DNA of 64,000 nucleotides from Blasia pusilla (Eukaryota). The stretch covers positions 34,038,001 to 34,102,000 of the forward strand of contig CM114271.1 in the NCBI GenBank assembly GCA_050084515.1. Direction: 5' to 3'. A program made the translations under genes and the position numbers. Shown piece by piece: positions 1 through 13,640 of the stretch; position 1 is the first letter of the stretch, and every line of letters begins with the position of its first letter. The notes beneath the pieces were generated by a model. The model saw only the letters and a list, made by a program, of their open reading frames with translations. It made no database searches and had not been told where the DNA came from.

Positions 1-124
1 ACTACGCAAACAAAATTCTCTGACTTCATTCACGTTTCAATTTGCCTTATAGAAATATGTAGGAGAAATAGCCGTGGGACCCCGACATTGTGGCATCGGA
101 AGACTAATATGAAATTTTTTTCTC

Positions 125-543
125 CATGTAGGGGAAGTGGAGAATTGGGGAGATTATGGCATCAAGCAAGGAAACTTTTGCAAAGAAGAACTCTCGTAGT
201 GATTTTATTGCATCTGCCAACTTTCTCGTTGAGAAGAACTATGCTCATCGGAGAAAACTTTGTGCTATGGGTATAAGTGTTGGCGGTCTACTAGTAGCCA
301 ATCCCATGAATCAACACCCGGATCTATCCCAGGCAATTATTCTTTAGGTTTGCATGAATGTTGGAGTGGCGGGACTAACCACACTACTACATCTAATTGA
401 TGAAGGATGATGTTGTGGTAGTGAATGACCCAATTGTCGCTATACAAGTGTAGAATGAATAATGATTTCTTATGCCCAGATAAGTTATTGAATTTCCTAT
501 GGGTTATGTTACAGGTTCCCTTCTTGGACATCAACAACACTCT
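125..543 (+). pseudogene. Oligopeptidase B / prolyl oligopeptidase (S9A) gene fragment, frameshifted, one intron retained
   Basis: Across two frameshifts it reads HV-RGSGELGRLWHQA...KKNSRSDFIASANFLVEKNYAHRRKLCAMGISVGGLLV (GxSxGG nucleophile motif)...HPDLSQAIIL*. A GT..AG intron (348-514) follows, then VPFLDINNTL. Has frameshifts and a TAG at 345-347. Confidence 0.75.
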
Positions 544-3500
544 CTCAATTTAAGTGGTCTTTTCAACCTGCTTACAATCATTACTTCATAGTTGGATACA
601 TTCTATAATAAATACAATTTTCTTTGGGATAACTATTTACAAAAATGGAGTGGGTGGTCTTCTATCAACACGGCCCCCCAATGAAGAACGTGATTTTTTT
701 AGTAATTTTTGTACACCGTTCCCAGCTACACAAGTGGACATGCTCTGCAATTATAAAATTGCACTCAAGTTAAGGGCAGAAAAGTGTGTCTCCGTCCAAA
801 CTATAAACTACCAACATTTTCACCGAAGTTTTTTTATATCACTTAATCTTGGCCTCATACAAATTTAACTTTTGTAAAGTTTCTACTTATATCATATTCC
901 AGGCTTAAAAAGAGGATAGAACCTATGAAGGAAAGGTCAAGCCTTGTCCCTTGTCACATCTTAAGTTCTAAGCAAGTTGTAAGTTGTGGTGTTCGTGGTT
1001 TCTAAACAAGACTTCTATGTGTGATATTGTCATCCACTTTTGGTCATAATGTAAATTAATGGCACTCGAGGTAATCGCCAACAAAAAATAGTTGCTTTGG
1101 TGTGGTGTGGCTCATAGTGTTGAAAAGGTTATACTATTTGAAGATGGCGGAGTATGAGCACGAGTTACAAGCAGAAGTTGTGCAAGATGCTAAAAGCCTC
1201 GTGAATTCGTCTAAGAACATGCAATGCCCAACTTTTAAAACTGCACAAATTTTGCAACCTTGAAACTCATATTGGTGATCATATGAAAGCATGGCAATGA
1301 GAGGGAGAAACTCTGATAACGTGAAAACTAATGCCAGTATGAACTTACATAGGTATTTATAGTCTTATCCCTGGTTGCACTCTTACGTGCAGTGTTCGAA
1401 TGAATTGTTGTCCAAATGAGTGATTTTTTTAAACAAATTTTGTATTTTTAAAATAAATAATTTTGGTGGATTAGTGATTTTTTTCACTCCAATAAGCTCT
1501 TGATCATCATCGACATCTAAGTTTATCATTCTTATGTCTTGTACTTCAAGATTTTTCTATTCAATTGTTACAAACTAACATAAAAAAGAGCATTGCCCAA
1601 CTCGATGTGGTTGTAGTGCTCGGAGATATCTTAAGTGAGGAGGCAAGTAAGTACGGTGATTTCCAAAAATCAGCTCTCGTGCAAGGCATGCAAGATTTTC
1701 TCAACAAGTCAAGGATAGGAAAAGATATTTTTTATCGAGATTCCAGTGTACATGACATGTAATTAGCAAACTTGTTTTTTGTCATATTGTGCCCTTCAGA
1801 TGTACCCCCTACAGATTTCTCTAAAGTCAACAAAGGCTCAAGAATTCTCTAGACCAATCGTGTATTACAATGGAGATAAGTTGTTAAATCCTCAGTCATG
1901 TATCAAAAGCTTAGTAAGCATGTGGGCACTATTGAAGACTGAGTTGCAGTCAAGCTCATCAGACATCCAAAAAACTACATTCGGTACTCACACGAAGTAG
2001 GGAAGCTTAATCTTGGTTAGTCAATTAAGCAAGATTATCTTAACTAGGGTTAGTAAATCATAGTTAGCCTAACTCGAGACTATGGTTAAGATTAGGGTTA
2101 GGGGTTCTTCTACATATCCTATATAATTGAGAAGGGGACCTGCCTCCACTCATTCTCTCATTGCATAATGTTGTTCTCCATGGTGGTGTGTTAGTGTGAG
2201 AGCTGTTTCCCACCAATTATGCTTCTTTAGCAGTTTTCTACAAGAGGTACCATATGAGACAAAGAGAGTCACTCTCATTTAGTGAGAGTGTTGATGATAA
2301 AAAGTGTTGATGCAAAGTTTCCAAGCGTCAACAAGGGAGGTCTTTACAACACTATCCAGTTTACTTGATTGGGATTCCAAATAAACATTACTTACTTATA
2401 TAACAACTTTGGACAAGGGATGTAGGGTGATGAATGTAGAGAAGACTGCAATAGGAAATGTAACAAGAAAATGCATGAAATTTTTTTATTATCCACGGAG
2501 ACCCCAAAGGGATATAAGACTAAACTTAGAGAGATTCCATAAGGCGTTCCTAGGCCCTCATACAACTTTGTAAGAATTTAGCAATCTGAACCTCATTCTT
2601 GCAAGTCATGAAGTCAACAATTGTGAGAGTCTGACCTTGCAAAAGATGTGGGAAGTCAATTTTGATATACTTGAGTTTACTCCATTTGAAGAGACAATAC
2701 TCTTCATCATTTAAAGTTCCAGATCTTTAGTGCCCACGTACACGAAGTCTAGAACTAGAAGTCGTACATGTTACAAGAAAAAAATCATGCATGGATATGG
2801 AGAATGAGGTAGGCCCATGAGGAACCTAATGATTAGAAGGAGCATCTAATGATGCTCTCAGAATGCATGTTTTACAACTTCAAAATGCTCACCTTGAGTT
2901 GCATAAAATCGCCACAAGAGTGAATTTTTAGCCCATAACCTCGAGTGTCTACGGTACCCTTGCAGTACAATAAGTTTCATGCACTAAGTAGTGACTAACC
3001 TATGCAGCACATCTCGTGAATCTTATATCAAAAGAGAACGAAATTTTATGACGTAAACTCGCAATACATTTCAAGATTTCAATCGACTCTAACTGTCAAT
3101 CGCGTCACATTCTTTGGCAAGAAGATGCAGTGGGTTGATAATCCATTGGCTCCATAACAAGAGGACTTGAGACTTTACTCATTCAACACTCCTTGATGTA
3201 CCCTTGCGAGCATAGACCCATTGAGTAGTACTTGTCGTAGCCTTCCTCTCATAAAATACTAGTGCTCACCATACAAAGTGTTGACGTTGAACTTCCAGAT
3301 ATGAACCAAGAAGCAACACTATTTATCTTACTTGGTTAAGACTGCATTGATTTAACTAGTGCATGTTGTAACCTTATGACCATAGACCTCCCGCTTGGGT
3401 TGGATAGAACTGGGATGGCTGTAGAGAGAGGGAGGGGTACTCTCTCATATAGTGTAAATACAAAGGGTTGGGGTGGAGCTTCCAAGTATCAACCAACAAG

Positions 3501-4718
3501 CTCCTTTCAACACTGTCTACCTTACATGATTGGGATCCCCATAACACATTCCTCACTTGTGCATATGAGATTTGAGAATGAATCAGTGAAGCAATATAGT
3601 GTTCAAAGGAATATTTGCATAATTTGGAACAATAGAAGGGACAAAGCGAAGTTCACAAGGTCCTACCAAATCCTATGTCGTGGGTTGTTATCTCTAGCCT
3701 TCAAACCTCGATATAAGAATTTAGCTCTTAAGAGCCACAAAATCAGTAACACTAAGGGCAGGTCCCCGAAAGAGAACAGGCTAGTCTGATGTCATTGATC
3801 ATGATGGCTTCAGTTGGAAACGTAATGGTATTTGTCATCAAGCATCCTTGAATTGCAATGTCTTCACATTTCAATTATGAGAATTATCCCTTCTCTCATT
3901 CCAGGTTGATTGAAGCACATCTAGCTAAAAGCTTAATGGACATGGGGTTGGAGATGTATGATGGCTGCTTTGCAGATCTCCCAATATCAATGAAAGTATG
4001 TGAATCCCACATCCATCTACCATCTTCCCATATTGATTACACTTCCTCTCCCAAAGCTTTTGGTGCTTATCTGAGCTGATAAACATATGAATGTTGAGCA
4101 GTTCGGCTAAAGCTTGTTGGCAGATCATGGATTGATATGCGCCATGATTAAACTGCCTAAAATCAGCCAAGATGACTCCGAACTCTCTTGTTTGGCCTAA
4201 TTACATCTACTCTCATAAGCACCTTCTTTTAGGAGCATGAAACAATCCTCACAGGTGAAAATTTCCTGCTTCATATGATCTAAAGAAGAAGAATGATGGT
4301 ACTAATTCTCATAAGGAGACGCTTCATGGGCTTCATGCGTCCATGCAAAAACATTCGAAATTTAGCCTCTCTTATACAATTATAGCCGACAAAACAACTC
4401 CAATCTGTATCCCCCAAAAATGCAATAGAGAGATGTAAGCAAGAAAACAAATTGTGGGATAAAGAATCAAATCTAAGTGCAATTTTTATCACATCTTCAA
4501 CAACTTCAGACAAAAATGCAATCCACGTTGCATTCTCGTACATTCTGATGCAACAACCTAGCTATCTCCAATGCGAAAATGCTTCATTCTAGCTATCTCC
4601 AATGCGAAGAGCATGAGAAATAGACGTTATCAATATGTTGAATCTGTAAGTTGGGGATTGACCTAATTGATATGTTGAATCTAAAAGTGGAGCATTGACC
4701 TAATCAATCTATTGAATC

Positions 4719-4882
<164 letters not shown>

Positions 4883-6387
4883 CATTCCATCCCGAAACTA
4901 GAGTCATAACAATGGAGAGCCCTGTGCTCCCTCCTTTTTTCAAGCGACCCAATCCCTCTAAAGTCTTCAAAGTTTCCAATCCAAGTGCAACCACTGGTTG
5001 TACACTTTCCCACTCTCGCTCTCTAACGTCTTCATCAACTTTGAGATTTACCACAAACAATGGCCTCCTTAACTCCTTTGATCCAACCCTCCCCGCCAAA
5101 TCCAATGAACATTAAATCTCATGGTGCCTACTCCACAATTATTCTCATGAATCCCCATTCTTCTTCTCTATTCTAGTCTCAATCCATCCCATCCCATAAC
5201 TTGCCATTCCATTCCACTTCGTCTCATTTCATCTAATTCCTTCCGTCTCTTCTTTCTTCCGTCCTCTACAACTCATCTTCTTCCACAACTGTAGAGTGGA
5301 AGCAACCCAATGTACAGAACACACCAACGAGCATTGAGAGAGGAGCACATCAAAGATATATGGAGAGCAATCACTCATGGCTCATAGACAAGAGGCAGTC
5401 AAAAAATCCACAAAGAGAGAGTGAGAGCTCACCTTGTACAACTTGAGAATGCAACCATCGTTGCAAGAATTCCTATAACTATCCACGATGAATGTTGAAA
5501 GCAAATCCCCTTCTAAACCATCAATTGGACCACCTTGAATGAGCTTACATGAATATCATAATTGTACCAAATTTGCTTCTCAAGACCATAGCTATAAGCG
5601 TATTCCTTCAAACATAGAATTACTGAAGCTTACTAGAAGAAGCGACAAGCACTTGCACGGTGCCAATATATGGTTTTAAAAGGGCCAATGATTGACGAGA
5701 GAGAGTGAATGGATAATTGGAAGGAGCTACGTGGTCGAGGATGAGTAAGAGGATTAAGAAATCGTTGATGCAACTCCTAACCCCTCCCACAATCTTGGCC
5801 CCTTCTTCAAACCCTAATTTCCTTCATATTACATAGGACTAGGGCTTTGGGAAAGGCAAAGTATTCACGCGGGAGAGTTTCATGTTTCAAATCTTGTTAC
5901 GGAAAAAAGAAAATCTCCCGTGAATGTACTTATAATCTTATTTCTTGGCCAATCATGTCTAGCTATATCACGTAACATTATTTGGTACTAAACTACTATT
6001 AGTACTAGATCTAGTATTATAAATTCCATCTCATTTATGTAAAAATGATATTTTAAAGATAATTTACGATAATTCCAAATTTTGCACAATTATATTATTA
6101 AGTAATTATTTTTAAACTAGCTGTAACTATATTTAGTCTAACCAACTAAAGTTAGTATATATATTATTATGTCATTATTTTGGAAAGTGTAAGATTAATA
6201 ATTATCCGAATCAAATTTATTAATAATATAATACTTATGCCACATCACTCATGTGTAGTTCATCGTAGTTGTAAAATAAAACTGACATATGACACCTCGA
6301 TATTTTAAGTCGAACTAGTTGTATATCTAGTGCTTTGGGATGTAGTTGTAAATATCCTAGTGTTAAAATCATGTATTTCCTTCTAGT

Positions 6388-6565
6388 GTGTATAGATATG
6401 ACCGACGATGTGGATTGTGTAGCAATGTGTATGGGCACCATAGATGTCATATCTTAGTTAGCCGATAGAGAGTCAACGAGTCGTTTGAGTGTAACATCGT
6501 CCTCAGATGTCATATGAGGTTGGCTATACGCCCATTGTGTCAGGAACGTCATCTATGACGATTTT
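6388..6565 (+). mobile_element. Degenerate LTR fragment related to the 3' LTR of Gypsy copy 1
   Basis: GTGTATAGATATGACCGACGATGTGGATTGTGTAGCAATGTGTATGGGCACCATAGATGTCATATC...TTGAGTGTAAC...CCATTGTGTCAGGAACGTC aligns by eye with 16585-16785. Confidence 0.7.
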
Positions 6566-8737
6566 CTTATTTTGGTCATGTGCATGATTAAGGGACTTAT
6601 GATGAATATAATTTTTTAACAAGGTCATGAATTAACCTAAGTAAGAATATGGATAGAGTTGTATTTCTATACACATTGAATATTATGGGCTAAAAGGATT
6701 CTCGCTTTCCCCTAAAGAAGGACTACCCACATGAGTCCTTATGGAGAGAAGGGAGAATAGTCCTTCAAACTCAATATCTTCTCTTCCTCCCTTCCAGGTC
6801 TTTAATCCTCCCCTCCTCCCTTCCCTAGTGGTCTATCTCCATCCCTACAAAGAGAACAGGGAAAGGAGATAGGAGCACAATATCTAGTAGAATATGCTTT
6901 GTTCGTATTCTAAATAAGAAGCATACGAAGTTAGATAGAAAGTTATAAAGATGTGCATTTTTGGGTTCTATTATAGATTGTATGGGTTATAGGAAGTATA
7001 ATCCTTCCACAAAAAGTTATAGCATAAATAAAATATGATGTTTGATGAAACAAAATCATAAGATAAGAAACTAAATTTGGTTCATAGTATTAGCCTACAT
7101 AATGAGCCAACAATCTATAATATTAAAACAACATTCTTCTTCCTGGGAAAGGTAAGTGTGTACTTACTTAAAGCACCGAAGCCTTCCTCATTGGGAGAAG
7201 GCCACCTGGCTGGTTTCTAATTCTAAATGAATGAAAATAAGACACTCATATCTTACCGTCCAACTCATGCCTTACTCAACCTTACTCACGTTGGGACATG
7301 TGTCTTTTGGCTGATGGTGAAAGTTTTTTTACTCCTTCTTATCAAAACTAAACACATGTAATATCTTTCCACCTCTGCATTTGGTGGAATCGAGCATATA
7401 GCCTTGAAGTTAGAGTAGAGGAGGAGACTTTGGTATTGAGGCTAACATGGAGGGCGGAGGGATGTGGTTATCTTCGTTGGAACATTTTAATGCCATGGTG
7501 AAATTTGGAGGACTCGATGTGGAGGATAACTGTGGTGAAATTTGGAGGACCCGAAGTGGAGGACATCCATGATGAAATCGTGAGGAAAGGATAAGAGCGC
7601 TTGATGTCTTTAGAGGTGAGAACTTCCTGTCAAATCTGATCTATGCGTATTGGTGTGTCCTTTCTTTGTTTCCAGTGTAAGTGTAGGTAAACACACAGAT
7701 TTGTAAATAGAGAGATTGCCTATCAATTGAGAGCTTAAGATTTTGGTGGAGCACCGGTAAAATACATTGTTTGAATCAGCGGTTTGTGTTGTCTCTACCA
7801 TGAAGCAGCCGCGGTTCGAGAGCTCATCAAGGTGTCAGTCTAGGTGTCCGTCGGTGTTTGTGCTATCTCTTCACAGTATAATTTGGTGTTTGTGCTATTC
7901 AGTATTTGTGCTATCTCTTCACAGTAGTATGTGGAGCGATAGTTCCAGAAAAAAATTCATATAGTGCACATGGAGAGTTGGTAGCTCTAGGAAGTCTCCT
8001 TCCCGGCTCTCCTTGTTAGCTGGTAGCTCGGGACGATTGTTCCCAAAACAAAATTTCACGTAGTGGATATAGCAGTCTCCTTCCCACTTATCCTGTCAAC
8101 TGGTAGCTCTTGGCACTCATCCTTCCCGCTTTTCCCTCTTAGCTCTTCTTGAGCCACACATTAAGTCACATAGGTGCATGAAAGGGCCCGAAGCCTCCCG
8201 TGCAGCTTCAGGCCTATGAAAGCCTCAAAATCCGCCAAGCCTCAAATGTTTCTCACCATTTAATATCAATATACCCGCCATGCCCGCCACCCCAAAATCA
8301 CCTATGGTGGGGATCGAACTCACAACTTGTCTGCTTCCATTTTGGGGAGCTCCCAACTTTGCTAGCCCTGCAGTTTTGAGTGATAGCGCTACAACTATAT
8401 ATTAAAGTACTCAAACTTTTAAAAAAATGGAATATATTTAAGGATATGCGTATTTTCCCATGGTCAAATTTACGTGGCTTTATCTAGGGTAGGCACTAGA
8501 AGGTTCATCCACCTTATGATATGTAGTGGTCAACATCCAAACAAACAAGGTAGTTATACCTGAAATGTTGTATATGAGGAGATATTACAATAATGATTAA
8601 AATTTTAAATTTTAAAACATGATTTAAAATTTATTCTATAATTATTTTTTAATAATCTAATTAAAAAATTCATGCCATAAAATCACCTTTAGAAATAATA
8701 GAGTTTTTAATCTCCTAATTGAAAACCTATTTACATA

Positions 8738-8764
8738 CCGTGCATTGCACGAGCAACTCACTAG
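8738..8764 (+). mobile_element. Helitron 3' terminus
   Basis: Palindrome CGTGCA-T-TGCACG (8739-8751), a 9-nt spacer, then CTAG followed by T: the canonical Helitron 3' end. Confidence 0.65.
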
Positions 8765-10719
8765 TAAAATCTAAGAAGGAAGAGTCAAGAAGCATCATTT
8801 AGTGATGCTAAGAGGTAATCAATTTTGTTTTGCAAATACGCATTGTTGTTCATATGTATTTATTGTCATGCACGCAACTCTATAATTCATTTAACTACGA
8901 ATTCTTTGATAATTGATATACATCTATATGAAAAATTGGGAAACATATCAATAACATTAGTCGTTACTTATGGTGTTTCCCTTCTCAAATAATAATTCCA
9001 ACACTTAAATATGATTTTGATGTGATAGCATACATACAACTATATAAAAAATGTGGTCTTTATATAGAAAATCATAGTACACCCTTCAAACCTTAATACC
9101 ACAAAATTTGGGCATCATCTAAGCTCTTAACTCTCAATGAAAGATGTCAGGGGGCTGGTGGGAATTCGTTGTTTGCAGGTAGGCAAGCGAGTTGCCTTGG
9201 TCGGGAGCTGTGGAGACGTTGGTTGGCGCCGTGTTTTGTCATTTTTCTGTTTGGAAGGATGTGGGCGGAAGCGCTGTCCGTTTTTCTCAGATTTTTCTAG
9301 TGCAGATTGTCGAAGGAGATCAGCAGGGTGTAACGGGAACTAAGCATCATCGGGAATTGGCAAGAGGGTTGGGAAATAGAGAGAAATTAGTTTTTAGGGC
9401 TTGCAGATGCCCGGGGGGCTGTTAAGTAAGGTAATTAGGTCGTAGCCGTACACGGCCCGGGGAGAGGCATCGGAGCCGCGAGAGTCGTATCACCGAAGTC
9501 GCAAGGACCGTGAGTAAGAGCCGGGAGCCAGGAGACGCGCGTCAAGAAGCGCCGTGCGAGGAGGCTGGACAGTCGGAAGGGAAGAGAGAGGGACGGGCCA
9601 CATAGGGCCGCGTGCCCATATAAGATCGCGACTCCATAGGGAGCCGCGCAGGTGTAGTTAAAGGGCTCATAGGGAGCCACGCAGCAAGAAGCTCCGAGGT
9701 TGGAGGGAGCTTGCATAGGGCAACGGACCCGCAAAGAGTTAATGATAGTGTTAAGGGGTAGAGCAGGCGCACAAGGAGGTGCATAGGGCACTGTGTGCGT
9801 GCCAACCGAGAAGCCGGGGGGTCAAACAGTGGCAAACAAAGAGGTTGGGTGTGAGCTGATGGGGAAGCTGCGGGGTGCAAGGTTGGACAGAGGCCTGATA
9901 AGGAGGCACGGAAGCCATGGTGGCCAAGGCCGATTGAGTCTAGAGGAAGGGAGCAATGGAGTTGGAACGGTGGACGTGATGCGTAGGGTGAACATGGTAG
10001 ACGTGCTACGTGGTTGAGAATCGGATGTGGTGAATTTGGATAACGTAGTAGGGGAGATTTTGTGACTTGGTATTTCTGAGCAAGGATCGCGATGTGTGGC
10101 GGGAGTTTGATTACTGTTCATTGAGAGTTTTAGAGATTTGGTGTATTGGCGAGCGTGGATGAGATTTGGGCGTTTTGTGATGGTGAGTGAGATGGGATAT
10201 TCTCATCGATAGTTTTGCGACGAGAGTTTGGGACGAAGTGTTAGAGGTGGAGATGCGTGTCAATGCCAACACGTAGTCTGCATCTATTGGCGGGAGGTTG
10301 GCGTGATGGTCAAGGAGAGTGTTGTGTTGCAGGGGTTGCCACACCACATGGGGGAGTGCATGTTGACGGTGCCGTAGGTTGGAAGGCGTTATCAAGTTAC
10401 CCGTTCGAGTCCCTTTTCCCGCACTTGTCGTGTGTGATTGAGAGTGCTGGGTATCGGGTAGTAGCTGGTGCTAAGTGGGTGCAGTGATGGTGACGAGTGT
10501 AGATTCTTTTCATGTGTAGCATGTTGGTGGATATACGGCGGTTGCCGAGTAGGGGTCGCGTGTATGACCCGAGAGAGTGTCGCTAGGTTAGGTGAGTCAG
10601 TTGGGAGGCTCATGGTGAGCCCGAGTGTTGAGCGTGCGTGAGGCCGGGTATGTCATCATGGGATTGATGTTAGCATAGGTGAGCTAGTGAGGCGTGTGGG
10701 AGACTCTCGATGAGTCTGA

Positions 10720-12190
10720 GTGATTGAGCGGGTGAGACAGGGTTTGTCATCACGGCGTTCTTCCAGGGTTCCGAAGAACTGGGGTAGTGCAAGCAGTTGT
10801 GTGATACGGAGTGGAGTGAGGTACCGAGGGGTTACCAATGAGGAGCTATCACGACATCCATCCGTGGCTGGATCGTCATCACTAGACACTAGGTCTGGTG
10901 ACGAGATCACAGACAGAGACAGTAGTACTTGGCAGGAGATGGACGACATGGGCCATCGGGGCATGCGTCGTTTCTCGGGTGCAGTGGGCACCATCGACTT
11001 AGATGATTTTATCCAGGAGTTTGACACATGGAGCGACTTCCAGGAAATACGGACCTCGACAGGGTTCAACCCTTTCATGGCATGGAAGGGGTTGTTCCAG
11101 CACTTGGAGGGTCCTCCGATATATGACTACATGGAGTTTCGATCACTATATTCAGTAGAGATCGATGCCTGGAGGATGTATTGGGCTCCAGGGTATGTGT
11201 TCACTAGTGGTCGTAAGGCATATGATGGGATTGTGAGAGGAGAGAGACCCACACCATCAGCCCGGAGACTAGATGGAGAGGAGGGCAGTGAGATAGGCGA
11301 TGTGGCACAGATCTCTGGTGGTAGAGGGCCACCCAGCTTCAGCCCCACAGTGGAGTTCTTCCGACAGTTGGGGAAGAGCTACCAGGGCGTACGCACCGAC
11401 AAGCTGAAGAGTCTACAGGATTTTCAGCGACGATCGGGTGAGAGTCTAAGAGAGGCATTCAAACGCATGAGGAGGCTCATCATTGCTACGTTTGGAGTGA
11501 CTGAGGCGCAGTCTGTCTAGTATTGGTACGGGGTTCTGGACCGAGAACTACGGAGGAGAGTCCGAGATGCGGTGCTCATTCACACAGCAAAGCCCATATT
11601 GAAGGTGGTCTTTGAGTTGTCTGAGCGTATTGAGCTCAACATGAGTGAGGAGCAGATAGTGACCGCTGGATTTTCTCGCGAGTCGAGGGGTCCATGAGCG
11701 ACCGTGACCCCACAGGTGCCACAGCGAGCATCAGTACTACGGGAGCGGGCCAGTGTGCCTAAAGAGCAGGGCGGGTACCGTGAGCCTATCAGGCAACGAC
11801 CCGTACCTGCACATGTTGCCCAACAGGGACCGATGTGGTCTTGTTGGACGTGTGGAGGGGCCCATAGGCAAAGAGACTGCCCACAGCATGGGAGAGGACC
11901 ACCAACGCCTCCGATTGCTCAGGAGCCATAGAGGATGGCCCCACGACAGCACCATTGTGACCATTGCCACAGATATGGTCACACTAGGGATAGATGTTTT
12001 GACCGTCGCCGAGGGGCACGTCCAGAGGTAGGCCGAGGGCCTGGGGGCGGTCGTCCTGGAGGAGGTCGGGGAGTTCTTCCTGGACGTGGTGGTAGAGGAC
12101 CACCACCAGCCAGAGGAGATGGAGCATGAGCACCAGAGCTGGCACTTCTCTCATGCATTGATCAGTTGAAGCAGAGGATTGCAGCTTAGG
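10720..12190 (+). pseudogene. gag: gag of copy 1 with two zinc knuckles
   Basis: FSGAVGTIDLDDFIQEFDTW; FQRRSGESLREAFKRM (Gypsy gag QxxxESxxxY/F); CWTCGGAHRQRDC and CDHCHRYGHTRDRC; RGG-rich tail. Stops at 11518, 11695 and 11929. Confidence 0.85.
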
Positions 12191-12912
12191 GAAGGCACGG
12201 AGCTGTGAGCAGCTAGTGTGACTCCAGCTTCAACTTCTTACCCTCACCCGGGTGAGGATCTCGCCAGTATGGGATTTATGTGTAGTGCAGCCCAGGTTGA
12301 GGCAACTACAGTGATGACTCGGGGTGCTGCGAGAAGCATCGAGCCATCGAGAGGTGGAGTTGAGATTGATCGACCAGAGGGGACCGATGGGCGGCAGTCC
12401 AGGGTTCCACACTCGTTCACATTGTCGGAGGCACTACACACACCATCGATGGTGCCTCGACGACCGGCCGGTGCCTCGATTCAGCACCTACGTCGACGTC
12501 ACGAGGAGTTGGAGTGACAACTCCTATGCCGGCTTGAGTGGAGTCAGTGTCGACCATAGTGTTGGAGGTGGCCACCAGAGTGAGTCAGACTCTATTATTT
12601 TCCTTCATAGAGTTGGCGACGTTGGGAGTTGGACCAGCTGAGGTGTTCTAGTTGGCCGCCATGTTGTGTGAGCGTGGAGAGATGACTGCTTCTTGTTCAG
12701 AGGTAGTTGGGGAGGTGGTGGAATTTCCCTCAGAGCCGGTGCTGTGGACGTTCCCCACAGAGTCATGGCATGCGGCGGCGGCGAAGTTGGTAGATATGCC
12801 AGCTCGACCAGCCATAGAGCGAGCAGTGGTGACACCTGGAGTAGTGTTACTGGATAATTGAGCTGGAGTATTTCGTTTGGTTAGTCCGACAGGGACATTA
12901 TACCACCCGTAG

Positions 12913-13240
12913 CGCGTCCTACTTGATTCGGGAGCGCAACCCTTGATGTTAGGGAAGGCGGCGTGTTTAGCGTTGGGGTTATGGAAGGCCGACATTGAGC
13001 CTTGTCCCTTCCAGATACAGACCTCGATTGGGGCCGTATCACCCACTCAGTATATGACTCGACAGGAGATTATTGTCAGAGTCCAGCTAGAGCATACGAT
13101 GGATAGTGCTATGGTGCGCACACGTGTGATTACGACACGAGATGAGTCGTACGATGTGTTGTTGGGGAGTACAGTGTTATATCCCCTAGGATTCATCCTT
13201 GACTTCTGGGAGGAGACCGTTGCTTATCGGCCAGGATGGC
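12913..13240 (+). pseudogene. Aspartic protease of copy 1
   Basis: RVLLDSGAQPLMLG (DSG at 12925-12933) and YDVLLG. Confidence 0.85.
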
Positions 13241-13640
13241 GGTCAGGTGACGGCCGGATGAGTCGATTCTGCATGCGGTTGCGGGGCGAGGTAGTCGATC
13301 TCGAGACGAGTCTGTGACCACGTTGGCAGCTTTCACAGGTAGTGTTAGCTGGCCAGGAGAGTTGTTGGAGGGGAATGCACATGCGGAGGATGTCCCAGTA
13401 GCGGATAGTCCCACAGAGAGACAGGCCATGGCGGGTGTTTCTTCCCATGTTGGCGACGCCTCTTCACCATTGTGGGGTACGACTCGGGAGCTACAGAGGA
13501 GTGCCGACGACCTCGTGAGGCAGTCGTGGAGTCATGTTTTTGTCCCAGAGCAGCGAGAGTCACGTGGCAATCAGGCTCTTGGAGTGGAGACGTTGACCCC
13601 ACTGGATATCACTCCTGTTGTGTGGCAGTGCCCAGAGGAG

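Noticed and set aside
8305-8330. tRNA gene suggested by a minus-strand GTTCGATCC B-box
   Set aside because: Only a T-arm-like motif is present; I could not build a cloverleaf.
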